IMG/VR virus record: IMGVR_UViG_3300045988_016577
Span: 2 to 32,001 of that record
DNA length: 32,000 bases
From: a virus
Reading direction: 5' to 3' (one strand)
The notes beneath the pieces were generated by a model. That model saw nothing but the letters and a program-made list of their open reading frames with translations, did no database searches and was not told the origin of the DNA. The position numbers were made by a program, and so were the translations under genes. Positions 6,801 to 14,886 of the stretch are shown here, piece by piece; the stretch's first letter is position 1; each line of letters opens with the position of its first letter.

Positions 6801-8894
6801 TTTGTTAGCTTTAGACGCAATCATGTCCGCTTGCTGAGTGATTGATGTTTCAGCACGATTCACACGCCCTGTCAGCGTGTCTACGTCCTGCTTGTTGGCT
6901 TTCTGGCTGATTTGCCCAGCCTGCACTGCCAACGAGCTCTCAGCCTTGTTTAAGCGCCCAGAAACAGCATTGATATCCTCTTTGCTAGCCTTAGCTGAAA
7001 TCTGCCCTGCTTGCTGTGTCAAAACCGTCTCAGTATTAGACACGCGCTGGCTGACTTTGTCAACGTCTTGCTTGCTAGCTACTGAAATCAAGGCGTTATT
7101 GATCTTGGCAAACTGTACTGACGTGTCATTTGACAATGTACCAATAGAACCCTTTAGAGCTTCAACTCTCTTTTCAGTTTCTGATAAGTCCGTGTTTAGC
7201 GTACTTTTAGCATTATCGACTAGTTTGACAGCTTCTGAAAGTGCATCTTTTTTAGATGCAGCAATCTTCTTTTCTGTCTCTGTACGCTCGACGGTGTCTA
7301 AATAGCGAGCTTCTGCAATGGCTTCACTCTTGACGTCGTTTAGACGGTTAAAAGTGTCCTCTGCGGTTGATTTAGCTGAACTAGCTAATGTTTCCGCATT
7401 AGTAGCCTTGGCTGTGATTTCAGCAACCACTCTGTCGTGTTCCGATTGCTGTTTAGCCATGTTGGCTGCGACTTTTTCAAACTCTTTCTTGATTTTGTCT
7501 TGAAGTCCTGTACCATCCCACGTTCTCAATACCTCTTGCCACATTTCACCAGTCCAGCGATACATGATAGTGTGTCCTTCGTGTTCTGGGTCCGGTTTGT
7601 ACCAAGAATCATTGATTAAAACTTGTCCCGGATGTGATTCTGTTGGATCAGTGCTTGTGTACCAGTTATGGTTAAAACCATTAGCTGACGGGATAAACTC
7701 TGGCAGCTTCTTGACAAACTCAGTAAACTCACCAGCTTTAAACTCATCAAGAGCCTTGTTGACGGTATTCTGTACCTTTGAGTCATTGCTCTCGCTAACT
7801 CGGTCCCCTAGCTTGATGTCGCTAGATTCGTTGTTTAAGCGGTTGAATGTAATTTCAAAGATACGTGTATCATAATCAAGGTGTCTGTCATGTCGGACCA
7901 CTCGGATAGTGTCACCAATTTGGACGCCCTTGAGATAAACCGTTGACGTTTTAAGTGTCAGTTTAGGTCTTGAAGACTCAATCAAAGCATCGTAAGTCTG
8001 CTTGATAAGTTCGTTCTTGTCTTCTTCCTCGCTAAATTCGACAAAGCCAATCTTTGGGCGCATCTTGCCGTCTGGTTGTTTAATGCCGTATTTAGCGGTC
8101 ATTTCTGGGATTTCAAGGTATTTCTGACCAAGGGGCTTATCTAGTGGGTCCCCTTTGGCTTTCGACCAGACAATTTCCTCAAAGTTAATTTTGCGTCCGT
8201 ACCCGTCAGCATCTTTTCCAGTATCTTCCGCTGAGCTGACTTGTTCCCCTTTACCACGGCCAACCAAGGCGGTGTATAGGTTTGTCTTCTCAACCTCTTG
8301 CAGAATTTCAAGGGCGTTATGCCCGTAAACTACACGCTTACCGACTGCTTCACCTATTTTCCGCTTGAAATCAATGTATCTAGCGCCAATCTGACTGCCG
8401 TTCATTTCAACGAAGAACTGCATTTCTAAGCCCCACACCTTACACACCTTTTTCAAAGCGTCAAATGTGGAAATGTAATAGAAATTAGTGCTCTTTGGGT
8501 TTGTTTCTGCAATAAATCGAGGGGACCAGTTCGTCCCAGTTAAAAGCCATTCAATAACCGTTCTAGCACGTTGGTCTGTTGGGCGTTTGTCGTAAACTAC
8601 CGTCTTGCGTAATTCCTCGATACCAGATTGAACACCGATAAGCGTTGTGATATCCCCTTTGGTATTCCCTTGGGCAATGTAGAAGTAATGGAATTTATGG
8701 GCGTCGTCGATTGACTGAATAGCCATGTATTCCAGTTTTGCCAGTTCGTCGTCCTTCAAGGCTTTCATTTCGACAGTCAAGCGGTCTGAAACGTAATTTT
8801 CAGTGGTAAGACTGAATTTCTGCAATGCCGTCTTAATGGCAGGCTTGCGAATAATCTTGATAAGTTTTTCGTCCTTATCGAATAAATAGATCAT
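3861..8894 (-). CDS. Tail-associated protein (Tal) / host-specificity (receptor-binding) protein
   Basis: 1677-aa ORF immediately after Dit, with an ATGA start/stop overlap. The N-terminal ~380 aa resemble the prophage-tail (Tal) structural domain. The rest holds coiled-coil repeats and two beta-rich modules, each opening with the NLI(L/R)xSxF motif. Confidence 0.85.
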   Translation of the reverse strand: MIYLFDKDEKLIKIIRKPAIKTALQKFSLTTENYVSDRLTVEMKALKDDELAKLEYMAIQSIDDAHKFHYFYIAQGNTKGDITTLIGVQSGIEELRKTVVYDKRPTDQRARTVIEWLLTGTNWSPRFIAETNPKSTNFYYISTFDALKKVCKVWGLEMQFFVEMNGSQIGARYIDFKRKIGEAVGKRVVYGHNALEILQEVEKTNLYTALVGRGKGEQVSSAEDTGKDADGYGRKINFEEIVWSKAKGDPLDKPLGQKYLEIPEMTAKYGIKQPDGKMRPKIGFVEFSEEEDKNELIKQTYDALIESSRPKLTLKTSTVYLKGVQIGDTIRVVRHDRHLDYDTRIFEITFNRLNNESSDIKLGDRVSESNDSKVQNTVNKALDEFKAGEFTEFVKKLPEFIPSANGFNHNWYTSTDPTESHPGQVLINDSWYKPDPEHEGHTIMYRWTGEMWQEVLRTWDGTGLQDKIKKEFEKVAANMAKQQSEHDRVVAEITAKATNAETLASSAKSTAEDTFNRLNDVKSEAIAEARYLDTVERTETEKKIAASKKDALSEAVKLVDNAKSTLNTDLSETEKRVEALKGSIGTLSNDTSVQFAKINNALISVASKQDVDKVSQRVSNTETVLTQQAGQISAKASKEDINAVSGRLNKAESSLAVQAGQISQKANKQDVDTLTGRVNRAETSITQQADMIASKANKQELDNVNNRVLNAESRITQQANEISQRVKTSDFNNATQRLATAESSITQLGNKITTEISRVDSKIPTDFGSRNLILKSADFENLHRQPGGSGNTTTTTTDGQSFLIKSHSYSNDVYGGISWDMAIPEIKAGETFSLLVPVYIDSGVDIDRGAMIIIKNHKNNDNLVAFNVPTDLKNEWFDVKLIFTAGKDITLGEWPFYITVIRNGYLKIKPPMLVRGALIPLQHTVAPEDTEAEISTVKTTITQTEQGVSQLSQKQSETDSRMTNAETEVNQLVGEVSSKVSKTDFDKLSKSVAANSTAITQTDNKISLKADRTEVQAAKATADSAASKGQELERKINQTNAELRVTADSIAQKVSRVDFDNLGNKVTNAETQIGTLAGKIETKLSRVDLDSAIDSKGFLKESDVNRLVDNKGFATATAVTNLIQQSEQGTTQLISEVKKQIPSIDTLSVGGENLIRNSAFPDNLDGWGYWVATQPNSNLSISSHSLYYNGSKPLFLLSTTTTTTPSATLRFPVKRNTNYSLNISILAGGNLKGMDIYFLGRKSNETKDFSKVVNIKHFDGSPSTSGVKKFHFTFNSGDCDEGFIRVDNTGTTNGSKSLLFFTELDCYEGTMDRAWQPSPKDASQEVTVKFNEIKSTVDSFSRTIGEHGQSISQIIQDAKGTVWKVENLEDKWAFNLGVTNKQLDKLDTGLEATKSEMSQIAGSWAVKNLTRSGDVLNQINLNKDGSVKIDGKLVQITGSTYIEDGVISSAKIGELSASKITSGRLNASLVDVVNLNASSVTSGTFTGLNYRGGRIEALNGAMRVDLNGSEMHFYDNAKIEFHNETNAIFRKKGPHTAFIHFNDVPASEDKGVGSLFASIGVTSSGDGINSASSGRFAGLRVYRAARGLEHDAVLDQSELYGDNIYLKDSFDVNRGYSFHSSDLPIGRWININNLAFAAAALARVWQHFLNAGNDVKHPNFINALKAEKAHFSKISHW
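5283..5301 (-). repeat. Trinucleotide microsatellite (ACA)5ACG encoding Thr6 inside Tal
   Basis: Plus strand cgt(tgt)5, translated as STTTTTTPS (aa 1198-1206). Confidence 0.95.
6504..6521 (-). repeat. Trinucleotide microsatellite (ACT)6 encoding Thr6 inside Tal
   Basis: Plus strand (agt)6, translated as NTTTTTTDG (aa 791-799). Confidence 0.95.
6621..7070 (-). repeat. Five tandem 90-nt (30-aa) coiled-coil repeats inside Tal
   Basis: aa 609-758. The units align as QDVDKVSQRVSNTETVLTQQAGQISAKASK / EDINAVSGRLNKAESSLAVQAGQISQKANK / QDVDTLTGRVNRAETSITQQADMIASKANK / QELDNVNNRVLNAESRITQQANEISQRVKT / SDFNNATQRLATAESSITQLGNKITTEISR. Confidence 0.9.
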
Positions 8895-9682
8895 AGACTT
8901 TCATCCCTCCACTGAACTTCACGAATCGCCACGTTTTTCCCGCTCAATCTGTCACCGTCTTTCACATAAAACTGCTCTAGTGGGCTAAAACGTTGTAATT
9001 CACTTAGGATATTACGACCATCATAAGTAGCAGTCACTTCTTCGTCGCCAAATTTAATGACAATTTCCTTGTTAGCTGCATAGCTACCCTTAAACGATAG
9101 CTTGGTTTGACCGTTGATGATTTCGATTTCTGTTGCCGCTGTCGATGTCATGGCTACAATCTTTTCAGGTATCACCTTCTTAGCGTATGTAAGGTAAACA
9201 ACGTCATTAGAACGCTCTGGAACCCGTTTTTTATAGCCGTCTGGCACTAGCAAAACGAAACTGCTAATGACTGAAAGCCTATCTTCCTCGACTTCGTCCG
9301 CTTCCTTGAATATTGCGTAGTAAGTGAAATCCGGCTCATCGTCAAATGTGACTTCAAGATAGCCGCTAGGCCCTACCTCTCTCAAAATGCGGTTAAGCTC
9401 TCGGAAAGAGGTCCTCATGACTTGGCTGGTGACCGTAGTTAACTGATACTTAACTTCAATCTCACGCTCTGAGTCATTAACGCTGTCCACCCAGACACCA
9501 CGGCGCCCAGGAACACGAGTAGTTGAAATTTCACGATTGAGCAATGAACGTCCCTTAACTGTGAGCTGTCGATACCCTTGGATGATATCTTCTATAGGCG
9601 TCCCGTTGATACGCATGTTATCAACTGGCGCTCTTTGCAGCACCGTTGATTCCGTGCGCTTCAATGAAGCATAATCATACAT
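8891..9682 (-). CDS. Distal tail protein (Dit)
   Basis: 263-aa ORF between the tape measure and Tal, the canonical siphovirus position and size. Confidence 0.75.
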   Translation of the reverse strand: MYDYASLKRTESTVLQRAPVDNMRINGTPIEDIIQGYRQLTVKGRSLLNREISTTRVPGRRGVWVDSVNDSEREIEVKYQLTTVTSQVMRTSFRELNRILREVGPSGYLEVTFDDEPDFTYYAIFKEADEVEEDRLSVISSFVLLVPDGYKKRVPERSNDVVYLTYAKKVIPEKIVAMTSTAATEIEIINGQTKLSFKGSYAANKEIVIKFGDEEVTATYDGRNILSELQRFSPLEQFYVKDGDRLSGKNVAIREVQWRDESL

Positions 9683-9704
9683 TAGCTAAAACCTCTTTTC
9701 TCTC

Positions 9705-12128
9705 TTAATAGTTATCAAGCATTAATTCCATTGACTGAGCGTTAGTGATGTCCTCAGTAAATGCTCTGTAAGTTGTATCACCCATCTTGAGCACGATATC
9801 CGCTGCTTGTTGAGTAACTGACATCTTACCACCGTTGAATGAAACGGATGGATCATACCCTGCTAAACGACCTAACTGGCCATCCATGCTACCAAGTTCA
9901 TCAGTGATAGCTCCGTTGATGTCTTGCCCGGTGAATGCGTCGATAGCTCCTTGGGCCATATAGCGCATTGAACGGGCTACTTGGTCCGCTTTGCTATCAA
10001 TACCAATGATGAAACCTTTATCCGTGTAGATACCGAATTGACGGAATACACGGGATGGCGATTTGATACCAAGCAAAGCTTTAGCTCCGTTAATGGCATT
10101 ACTTACCGCACCTTTAACCGCTGAAATCAGTTTGCCGGCTGCAGATGTAACCCCGCTAACGAAACCGCTAATCAATTGAGAACCAACGCTTGCAGCTTGC
10201 CCAACGAATCCACGGGCTGCACTAAGTGCACCGCTGAACGCTGAGCGGACCGCTGAAATGATACGCTGACCGGCACTTGTTACCGCTGATACCACGGCAC
10301 TAAATCCGCTAGTAATAGCTGATTGAATTGAGCTCATGGCGCTTGATACTGCTGACCTAACAGCGCTCCATGCTGAGCTGATAATGCTCTGAACCGAGCT
10401 CATAGCGCTTGAAACGATTGACTGGATAGATGCCCATGTACTTGATACAGTGCTAGCAATCGCACTTAGTACGCTACTAATAAGTGACAAAATGGCGTTC
10501 CAAATCGCACTGATAGTGGCTTGAATAGCTGACATAATTGACGAAATAGCCGCTTGAACTTGTGAGAAGTTACCAGTAACCAAACCGACAATAGCAGCTA
10601 ATACACCAGCCAAAACAGCTTGAATCCCCGTCCAGATAGCGTTCCAAATCGCTTGAATAGCTGACAAAGTGCTTGAAATAATGCTTGATATGCCGGCCAT
10701 GATAGGTGACAGAATAGACATGATTGTATTCCAAACTGTCGAGAAAACTGTCTGGATAACTGTCCACGCCGCTGACCAAATGGATTGAATCACGGCGATA
10801 CCGGCACTAATCACACCGCTAATGGCAGTCATAGCTCCGCCAGCGATTTGTTGAAGTAATGCCCAAAGCGTTTGGAATGGAATAGCTAACAATGCCCATG
10901 CTGCGTTCCAGATAGCGAGAATGAATTGAATACCCGCTTGGATAATCGGACCAATAGCATTGATACCGATTGAAACAAGAGACTTGATACCTTCCCACAC
11001 AGTAGACAAGATAGTCTTGAGTGTTTCCCACGCTCCAGACCAGTCACCTTGTAAGATTTGCATAGCCATCTTAATGATGTTTAACACGATTTCAAGAGCC
11101 GTGGAAATGACAGTGGTAATAAGTTGCCAAGATGTAGAAAACAATGTAATAAGCAAATTCAAGCCAGTTTGAATCACTGGTAAGATAGCGTTCATTACAT
11201 TTTCAATCACACCCTTAAACATGTTCCAGTAAGTTGTCGCCGTTTGCATAATCAAGGCGTGGTTTTCGTTCCAGAATGAAGTCAACTGCCCCCAAATTGA
11301 CATAACGAACGACACAATGGCTTGAACAGCGCTAGTGATTGCACTCTTGATGGTTTCCCAGATTGCCGTAACTTGTGCACGGAAATTCTCGTTATTGTTC
11401 CATAAGTCAACGAGCGCAGCCCCAACTAGAGCCACTGCAGCAACAATGCCGGCAAAAGCAGCAAGAGCCCCGGCTGATAGCCCGCTAAAAGCGGCACCTA
11501 GACCGCTAGCTGCGGTAGAACCGCTTGAAAAGAACCCTACTACTGAGCTGATAGCTCCACCGATTGTGCTCAATGCTGAAACAACGTTCCCGATCCAAAT
11601 GATTAAGGTTCCTAATATTGCAATAATAGGCCCCGCCGCTCCAATGATCAGCGCTGCCCATTTAACCCAGCCGTCTACTGGCAGATTGTCCCAGATAGTC
11701 CCTAGAACACGCACCACATTGTCTTTAAATGTGATGATAGTCTGCTTCATGTTTTCCATGAGTTGCTTGATATTAGCTTCGTTGTTCCCAAGACCGGCCA
11801 CTAAGTTTTCAGCGGCAGCCTTCATGGAATTGAACGAACCGGACACGGTTGTACTCGCTTCTTTTGCGGTCGTTCCGGTTACTCCAAGTCTATCTTGAGT
11901 AATACCAATGGCATCAATCAAGGTATGGAATGGGATATCACGGATATTGTCAGCTGTAGCTTCGAATTCACCGTTTAAGACACCAGATTCATTGACCAAA
12001 CGAGCCATTTCGGACATGGTACCGCCATAACCAAGTTTCAAGTTATCCAGCATTGAATAGTTGTCTTTGGCAAAACCTTGATAAGCGTTTTGAATGTCCG
12101 TCATGTTAGTACCGAACTTGTTTGCGTT
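9705..12128 (-). CDS. Tape measure protein, exon 2 (C-terminal 807 aa)
   Basis: Begins NANKFGTNMTDIQNAYQGFAKDNYSMLDNLKLGYGGT, the conserved TP901-type TMP core. A long Ala/Ser/Ile-rich region follows with periodic Trp/Phe. The first 5 codons of the ORF-track ORF (GTG at 12143) are intron sequence. Confidence 0.85.
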   Translation of the reverse strand, partial: NANKFGTNMTDIQNAYQGFAKDNYSMLDNLKLGYGGTMSEMARLVNESGVLNGEFEATADNIRDIPFHTLIDAIGITQDRLGVTGTTAKEASTTVSGSFNSMKAAAENLVAGLGNNEANIKQLMENMKQTIITFKDNVVRVLGTIWDNLPVDGWVKWAALIIGAAGPIIAILGTLIIWIGNVVSALSTIGGAISSVVGFFSSGSTAASGLGAAFSGLSAGALAAFAGIVAAVALVGAALVDLWNNNENFRAQVTAIWETIKSAITSAVQAIVSFVMSIWGQLTSFWNENHALIMQTATTYWNMFKGVIENVMNAILPVIQTGLNLLITLFSTSWQLITTVISTALEIVLNIIKMAMQILQGDWSGAWETLKTILSTVWEGIKSLVSIGINAIGPIIQAGIQFILAIWNAAWALLAIPFQTLWALLQQIAGGAMTAISGVISAGIAVIQSIWSAAWTVIQTVFSTVWNTIMSILSPIMAGISSIISSTLSAIQAIWNAIWTGIQAVLAGVLAAIVGLVTGNFSQVQAAISSIMSAIQATISAIWNAILSLISSVLSAIASTVSSTWASIQSIVSSAMSSVQSIISSAWSAVRSAVSSAMSSIQSAITSGFSAVVSAVTSAGQRIISAVRSAFSGALSAARGFVGQAASVGSQLISGFVSGVTSAAGKLISAVKGAVSNAINGAKALLGIKSPSRVFRQFGIYTDKGFIIGIDSKADQVARSMRYMAQGAIDAFTGQDINGAITDELGSMDGQLGRLAGYDPSVSFNGGKMSVTQQAADIVLKMGDTTYRAFTEDITNAQSMELMLDNY

Positions 12129-13023
12129 CCTTAGTACCCCCACTTTCGTGGTATTTAAAAAGACCTACAATTAATGTTAGGTCTTAGGGAGTAGACTATA
12201 TCATGTTATACAAATTCAAATTTGTGCCCTTTATGAATACCACCATGATTGCACGCTCTTGAAACTTCTGATTTAGTAAAACCATCCTTCGCTGTTTCAA
12301 TTAGGGCGCCGTAAATTTTCTGTTCTCCGGTCGTGATATTAGTTGATTTCACCTTTTTCGCTTTTTTGCTCTTTGAACCGAATTTTCCATAGTTGGGATG
12401 CTTACTCCCTGAAATATGGTTAATCAATCCGTGTTTATAAGCGTGAATTGTATTTTCTTGAACTGTCACCCACTCTAAATTATCGATAGAGTTATTCAAT
12501 TTATTGCCATCAATATGATTGACTTGGGGCAAGTTGTTTGGGTTGTCGATGAAATGGGTAGCAATAAGTCTGTGAATGTAAAACTGTTTACGCTTCCTAT
12601 GAACCGAAAGCGTTACCCTATAATATCCGTTTGGTGCGATATCTGGGTTTAAGGTTTTACCTTTCCAAGATCTAGTTCTACCTCGTGGGTCTGTTTGTGT
12701 TCTGTCTTTGCTTCTTACAATTCCTTTATCTGAAATCTCATAATAATCTTCGTAACCTTCGATGTCTTCAAACATAATAATACCGCCTTTTCGTATGGTA
12801 CTATTATATCACAAATTTGGCATTTTGCACAACCGCACCGCTTCGGTTTGCGTATCAATAGCAAACCTACTTCCTCTCGGAATAGTCGTTACACTTTCTA
12901 CTTTCGTAGCTTAGCACGGGATTGTCATAGGCTTGTACCCTTAGAGTTTCCCCGTTAGCAAGCGATACAATACCGCTCACACCCCTGATTGGGTTCAATG
13001 CGTTTTAGTCGGACTAACATTTT
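12129..13023 (-). mobile_element. Group I intron (895 nt) interrupting the tape measure gene, carrying an HNH homing endonuclease ORF
   Basis: P1: exon GUCGGAU (13030-13024) pairs with intron GUCCGAC (13014-13008), with the U.G wobble at the splice site. P10: GUU (13018-13016) pairs with exon-2 AAC (12128-12126). The last intron nucleotide is G (12129). GAAA-tetraloop hairpins lie at 12898-12909 and 12140-12151. An 8-bp hairpin spans 12160-12185. Exon ligation is in frame. Confidence 0.8.
12206..12775 (-). CDS. HNH homing endonuclease (NUMOD4 N-terminus plus HNH_3 core), intron-encoded
   Basis: 189-aa ORF. NUMOD4-like N-terminus IEGYEDYYEISDKGIVRS. HNH motif VNHIDGNKLNNSIDNLEWVTVQENTIHA. Basic C-terminal DNA-binding tail. 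Own SD (AAAGGCGG) and an extended -10 (TGATATAAT, 12803-12811) upstream. Confidence 0.9.
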   Translation of the reverse strand: MFEDIEGYEDYYEISDKGIVRSKDRTQTDPRGRTRSWKGKTLNPDIAPNGYYRVTLSVHRKRKQFYIHRLIATHFIDNPNNLPQVNHIDGNKLNNSIDNLEWVTVQENTIHAYKHGLINHISGSKHPNYGKFGSKSKKAKKVKSTNITTGEQKIYGALIETAKDGFTKSEVSRACNHGGIHKGHKFEFV

Positions 13024-13569
13024 ATCCGACATTTGGACAAGGGCTTTATCCCCGTATTTCGCAGCCTTGGCAGTGTCCCCGCCTAGACCTTGTAGCAAAG
13101 TAGCTGAGAACGATGTGACCTGCTCCATGTATCTGTTAGCAGACACACCAGCCGTCCTATAGGCTCGGTTGGCGTTCTCGATAACATTGGTCCCCTCACG
13201 GTCCATTGTGTTATAAAGCGCTTGGGCTTGCTCCCTGGTCATGCCGTAATCTCTGGCAAGTGTATTGACACTTGAGCCATTCTGTTTGAACAGTGTAGAA
13301 ACACCGCCTAACGATTGCTCAAGGTCTGCATAACCTTTGATTACGGCCGTCAGACCTCCGACCATGGGCAGTGTGAAAGCTGTAGTCATCCCAGCTCCGA
13401 CTGACTGCATGGCACTACCGACTGACTTCAAACTGCTACCAACTTGAGCGAGCATGCCCCCAGACTGATTTCTCAAATCAGCAAGGGCAGACTTGGCAGC
13501 ATTGACACCATTGGTGAAGTCGCTTGAGTTGGCACGTAATATGGCCGTAACGTCAAAAGATGCTCCCAT
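13024..13569 (-). CDS. Tape measure protein, exon 1 (N-terminal 182 aa)
   Basis: Reads MGASFDVTAILRANSSDF...AAKYGDKALVQMSD. The remaining 22 codons of the ORF-track ORF (KMLVRLKRIEPNQGCERYCIAC) are read-through into the intron. Confidence 0.85.
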
Positions 13570-13904
13570 TAACTACCCCCTTTCTTTATTTGATTGATGA
13601 TCCTATTCTTATCAGCTAACGAGAGCGCTCGACTTCTAGGCGCAGTGTCCTCTGGTTTAAATATCTTACTGAACTCTTTTTCATGGTCATAAAACTCATT
13701 AAAGGTTCTGTAAGCTGAGCGAACACTCTTGCCCTTGCCTTTGGTAGCTTGCACGGTCTGGTTATACCATGCTTGGATTGCTGCATTGAAGCGGATATCC
13801 TCTTGTTTAATTGCGTAGGCGGTATTGTATACCTCAAATTCAACAAGAGTTGTCCTGGCAGCTTCAACGTAGCTCATGCCGTGCCTTGCAATCAATAGAG
13901 CCAT
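13569..13904 (-). CDS. Tail assembly chaperone, T portion, probably made as a -1 frameshift extension of 13946..14287
   Basis: 111-aa ORF with no SD. Its frame is -1 relative to the upstream chaperone ORF and stays open back to about 14021. Its stop overlaps the TMP start (ATGA-type junction at 13569). Confidence 0.6.
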   Translation of the reverse strand: MALLIARHGMSYVEAARTTLVEFEVYNTAYAIKQEDIRFNAAIQAWYNQTVQATKGKGKSVRSAYRTFNEFYDHEKEFSKIFKPEDTAPRSRALSLADKNRIINQIKKGGS

Positions 13905-13945
13905 TGCGTCATCATAGCTGAAATCATAATCTGGTTGACTTTGCC

Positions 13946-14287
13946 CTACTCTTGAACGTTCATTGCGAGTTTGAGTAGGGATGACGCTTTTAACTCGTCG
14001 ATAATAGAGTCGATTGTCTCCTTGTATTTACCTTTGTCAATCAAATCAGCAAGATAGGCTTCAATGTCAGCATCACTTGGCTTTTGTGGCGCTGTAATCG
14101 TACCAGCTTTGATGATATCTACAAATGCAAGAGGGTCGTTGATAGCGACACCCGCTGAAATCAATGTCATAGCTCCGTAGCCAGTCTTCATGCCTTCAAG
14201 CTCTGCTGAGTGCAACTTGTTGATTTCACGCAAGAACGCAAGTCCAAAAATCAAATTAAAGTCTCGTCCGTTGATAGATAGAATCAT
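13946..14287 (-). CDS. Tail assembly chaperone (gpG-like)
   Basis: 113-aa acidic ORF between the major tail protein and the TMP, the canonical position. Confidence 0.7.
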   Translation of the reverse strand: MILSINGRDFNLIFGLAFLREINKLHSAELEGMKTGYGAMTLISAGVAINDPLAFVDIIKAGTITAPQKPSDADIEAYLADLIDKGKYKETIDSIIDELKASSLLKLAMNVQE

Positions 14288-14307
14288 GTTTTATTTCTCC
14301 TTTATAC

Positions 14308-14336
14308 AAAAAAAAGCAAGGGCACAAAGCCCCTGC
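14308..14336 (-). terminator. Intra-operon rho-independent terminator after the major tail protein gene
   Basis: On the minus strand, GCAGGGGC-UUUGU-GCCCUUGC forms an 8-bp stem (one G.U) followed by U8 (a-run 14308-14315 on the plus strand). Confidence 0.6.
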
Positions 14337-14343
14337 AGTTAGA

Positions 14344-14886
14344 CTAGATAGATGAAACTAGGCCGTCTTCTTTAGCAAGAGTGTGGTAGTCGTATTGAGC
14401 ACTTGCAACTGCTTTTTTCTGAGCCTCTGTCAAGCTGTCGGTTGAAATAATACCGTTGCCATCAATAGCCATTTCATAAGAAAGCTCAACTTTGTCGTCA
14501 GCGGGTGCTGAAGTTTCAAAATTCTTAAGGTAGCCTTGGTAGTATTCAACGTTATAGACTTCTTTGCCCCCAGACATGCGTTTAGAAGCAAGGTCAACTT
14601 GCCAGCACTCTACTTTGTCGCCTGCAAAGAACCATTTCTGCATTTCACGCCACATTTCAACAGTAGTGCCATCTTCACGATACGCAAGTGATACGAATTC
14701 TCCAGACACTTCACCGTCTGAAATAGAGTTGACTACGCCGTCTTTGGTTTTGGTGGCTTCGACCTCTTTTTCAGCGTTGAAAGTGTGTTCTGTTTGGAAA
14801 CGTACTTTAGCAGCGTCTTGCGTCTTTTGGTCTTTAACACGGCGGAAGAAGACCATGAGGTCTTTCCCTAAAACAAGTTCTGTCAT
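14344..14886 (-). CDS. Major tail protein
   Basis: 180-aa ORF directly upstream of the chaperones. Its size and position fit the phi13/TP901-type major tail family. Confidence 0.8.
   Translation of the reverse strand: MTELVLGKDLMVFFRRVKDQKTQDAAKVRFQTEHTFNAEKEVEATKTKDGVVNSISDGEVSGEFVSLAYREDGTTVEMWREMQKWFFAGDKVECWQVDLASKRMSGGKEVYNVEYYQGYLKNFETSAPADDKVELSYEMAIDGNGIISTDSLTEAQKKAVASAQYDYHTLAKEDGLVSSI

Noticed and set aside
6621-7070. Tandem repeats as a CRISPR array or non-coding satellite
   Set aside because: The repeats are 90 nt long, contiguous with no spacers, in frame, and translate to a coiled-coil heptad-like pattern inside a long ORF.
3861-8894. Hyaluronidase or collagen-like tail fibre, as in S. 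pyogenes phages
   Set aside because: There are no Gly-X-Y collagen repeats and no recognisable HylP-type motifs. The N-terminus is Tal-like and the rest is coiled coil plus beta modules.
11335-11898. Plus-strand ORFs (for example 11335..11898, 6838..7305, 17996..18343, 14564..14935, 22793..23080)
   Set aside because: They are antisense shadows of long minus-strand genes, with low-complexity Ala/Ser/Leu-rich or Cys/Phe-rich translations and no SD sequences. None interrupts the continuous minus-strand gene array.
12129-13023. Intein as the cause of the TMP interruption
   Set aside because: The exon-1 frame hits a stop after 22 codons. The endonuclease ORF has its own SD and start and is not in frame with both exons. 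The HNH/NUMOD4 architecture is typical of intron-encoded, free-standing enzymes.
9705-13569. Tape measure gene as a pseudogene, or as two independent genes plus an unrelated HNH gene
   Set aside because: The two halves join in frame at a conserved motif. The intervening RNA shows P1/P10 pairing, a splice-site U.G and a terminal G. An intron explains the layout better than gene decay does.
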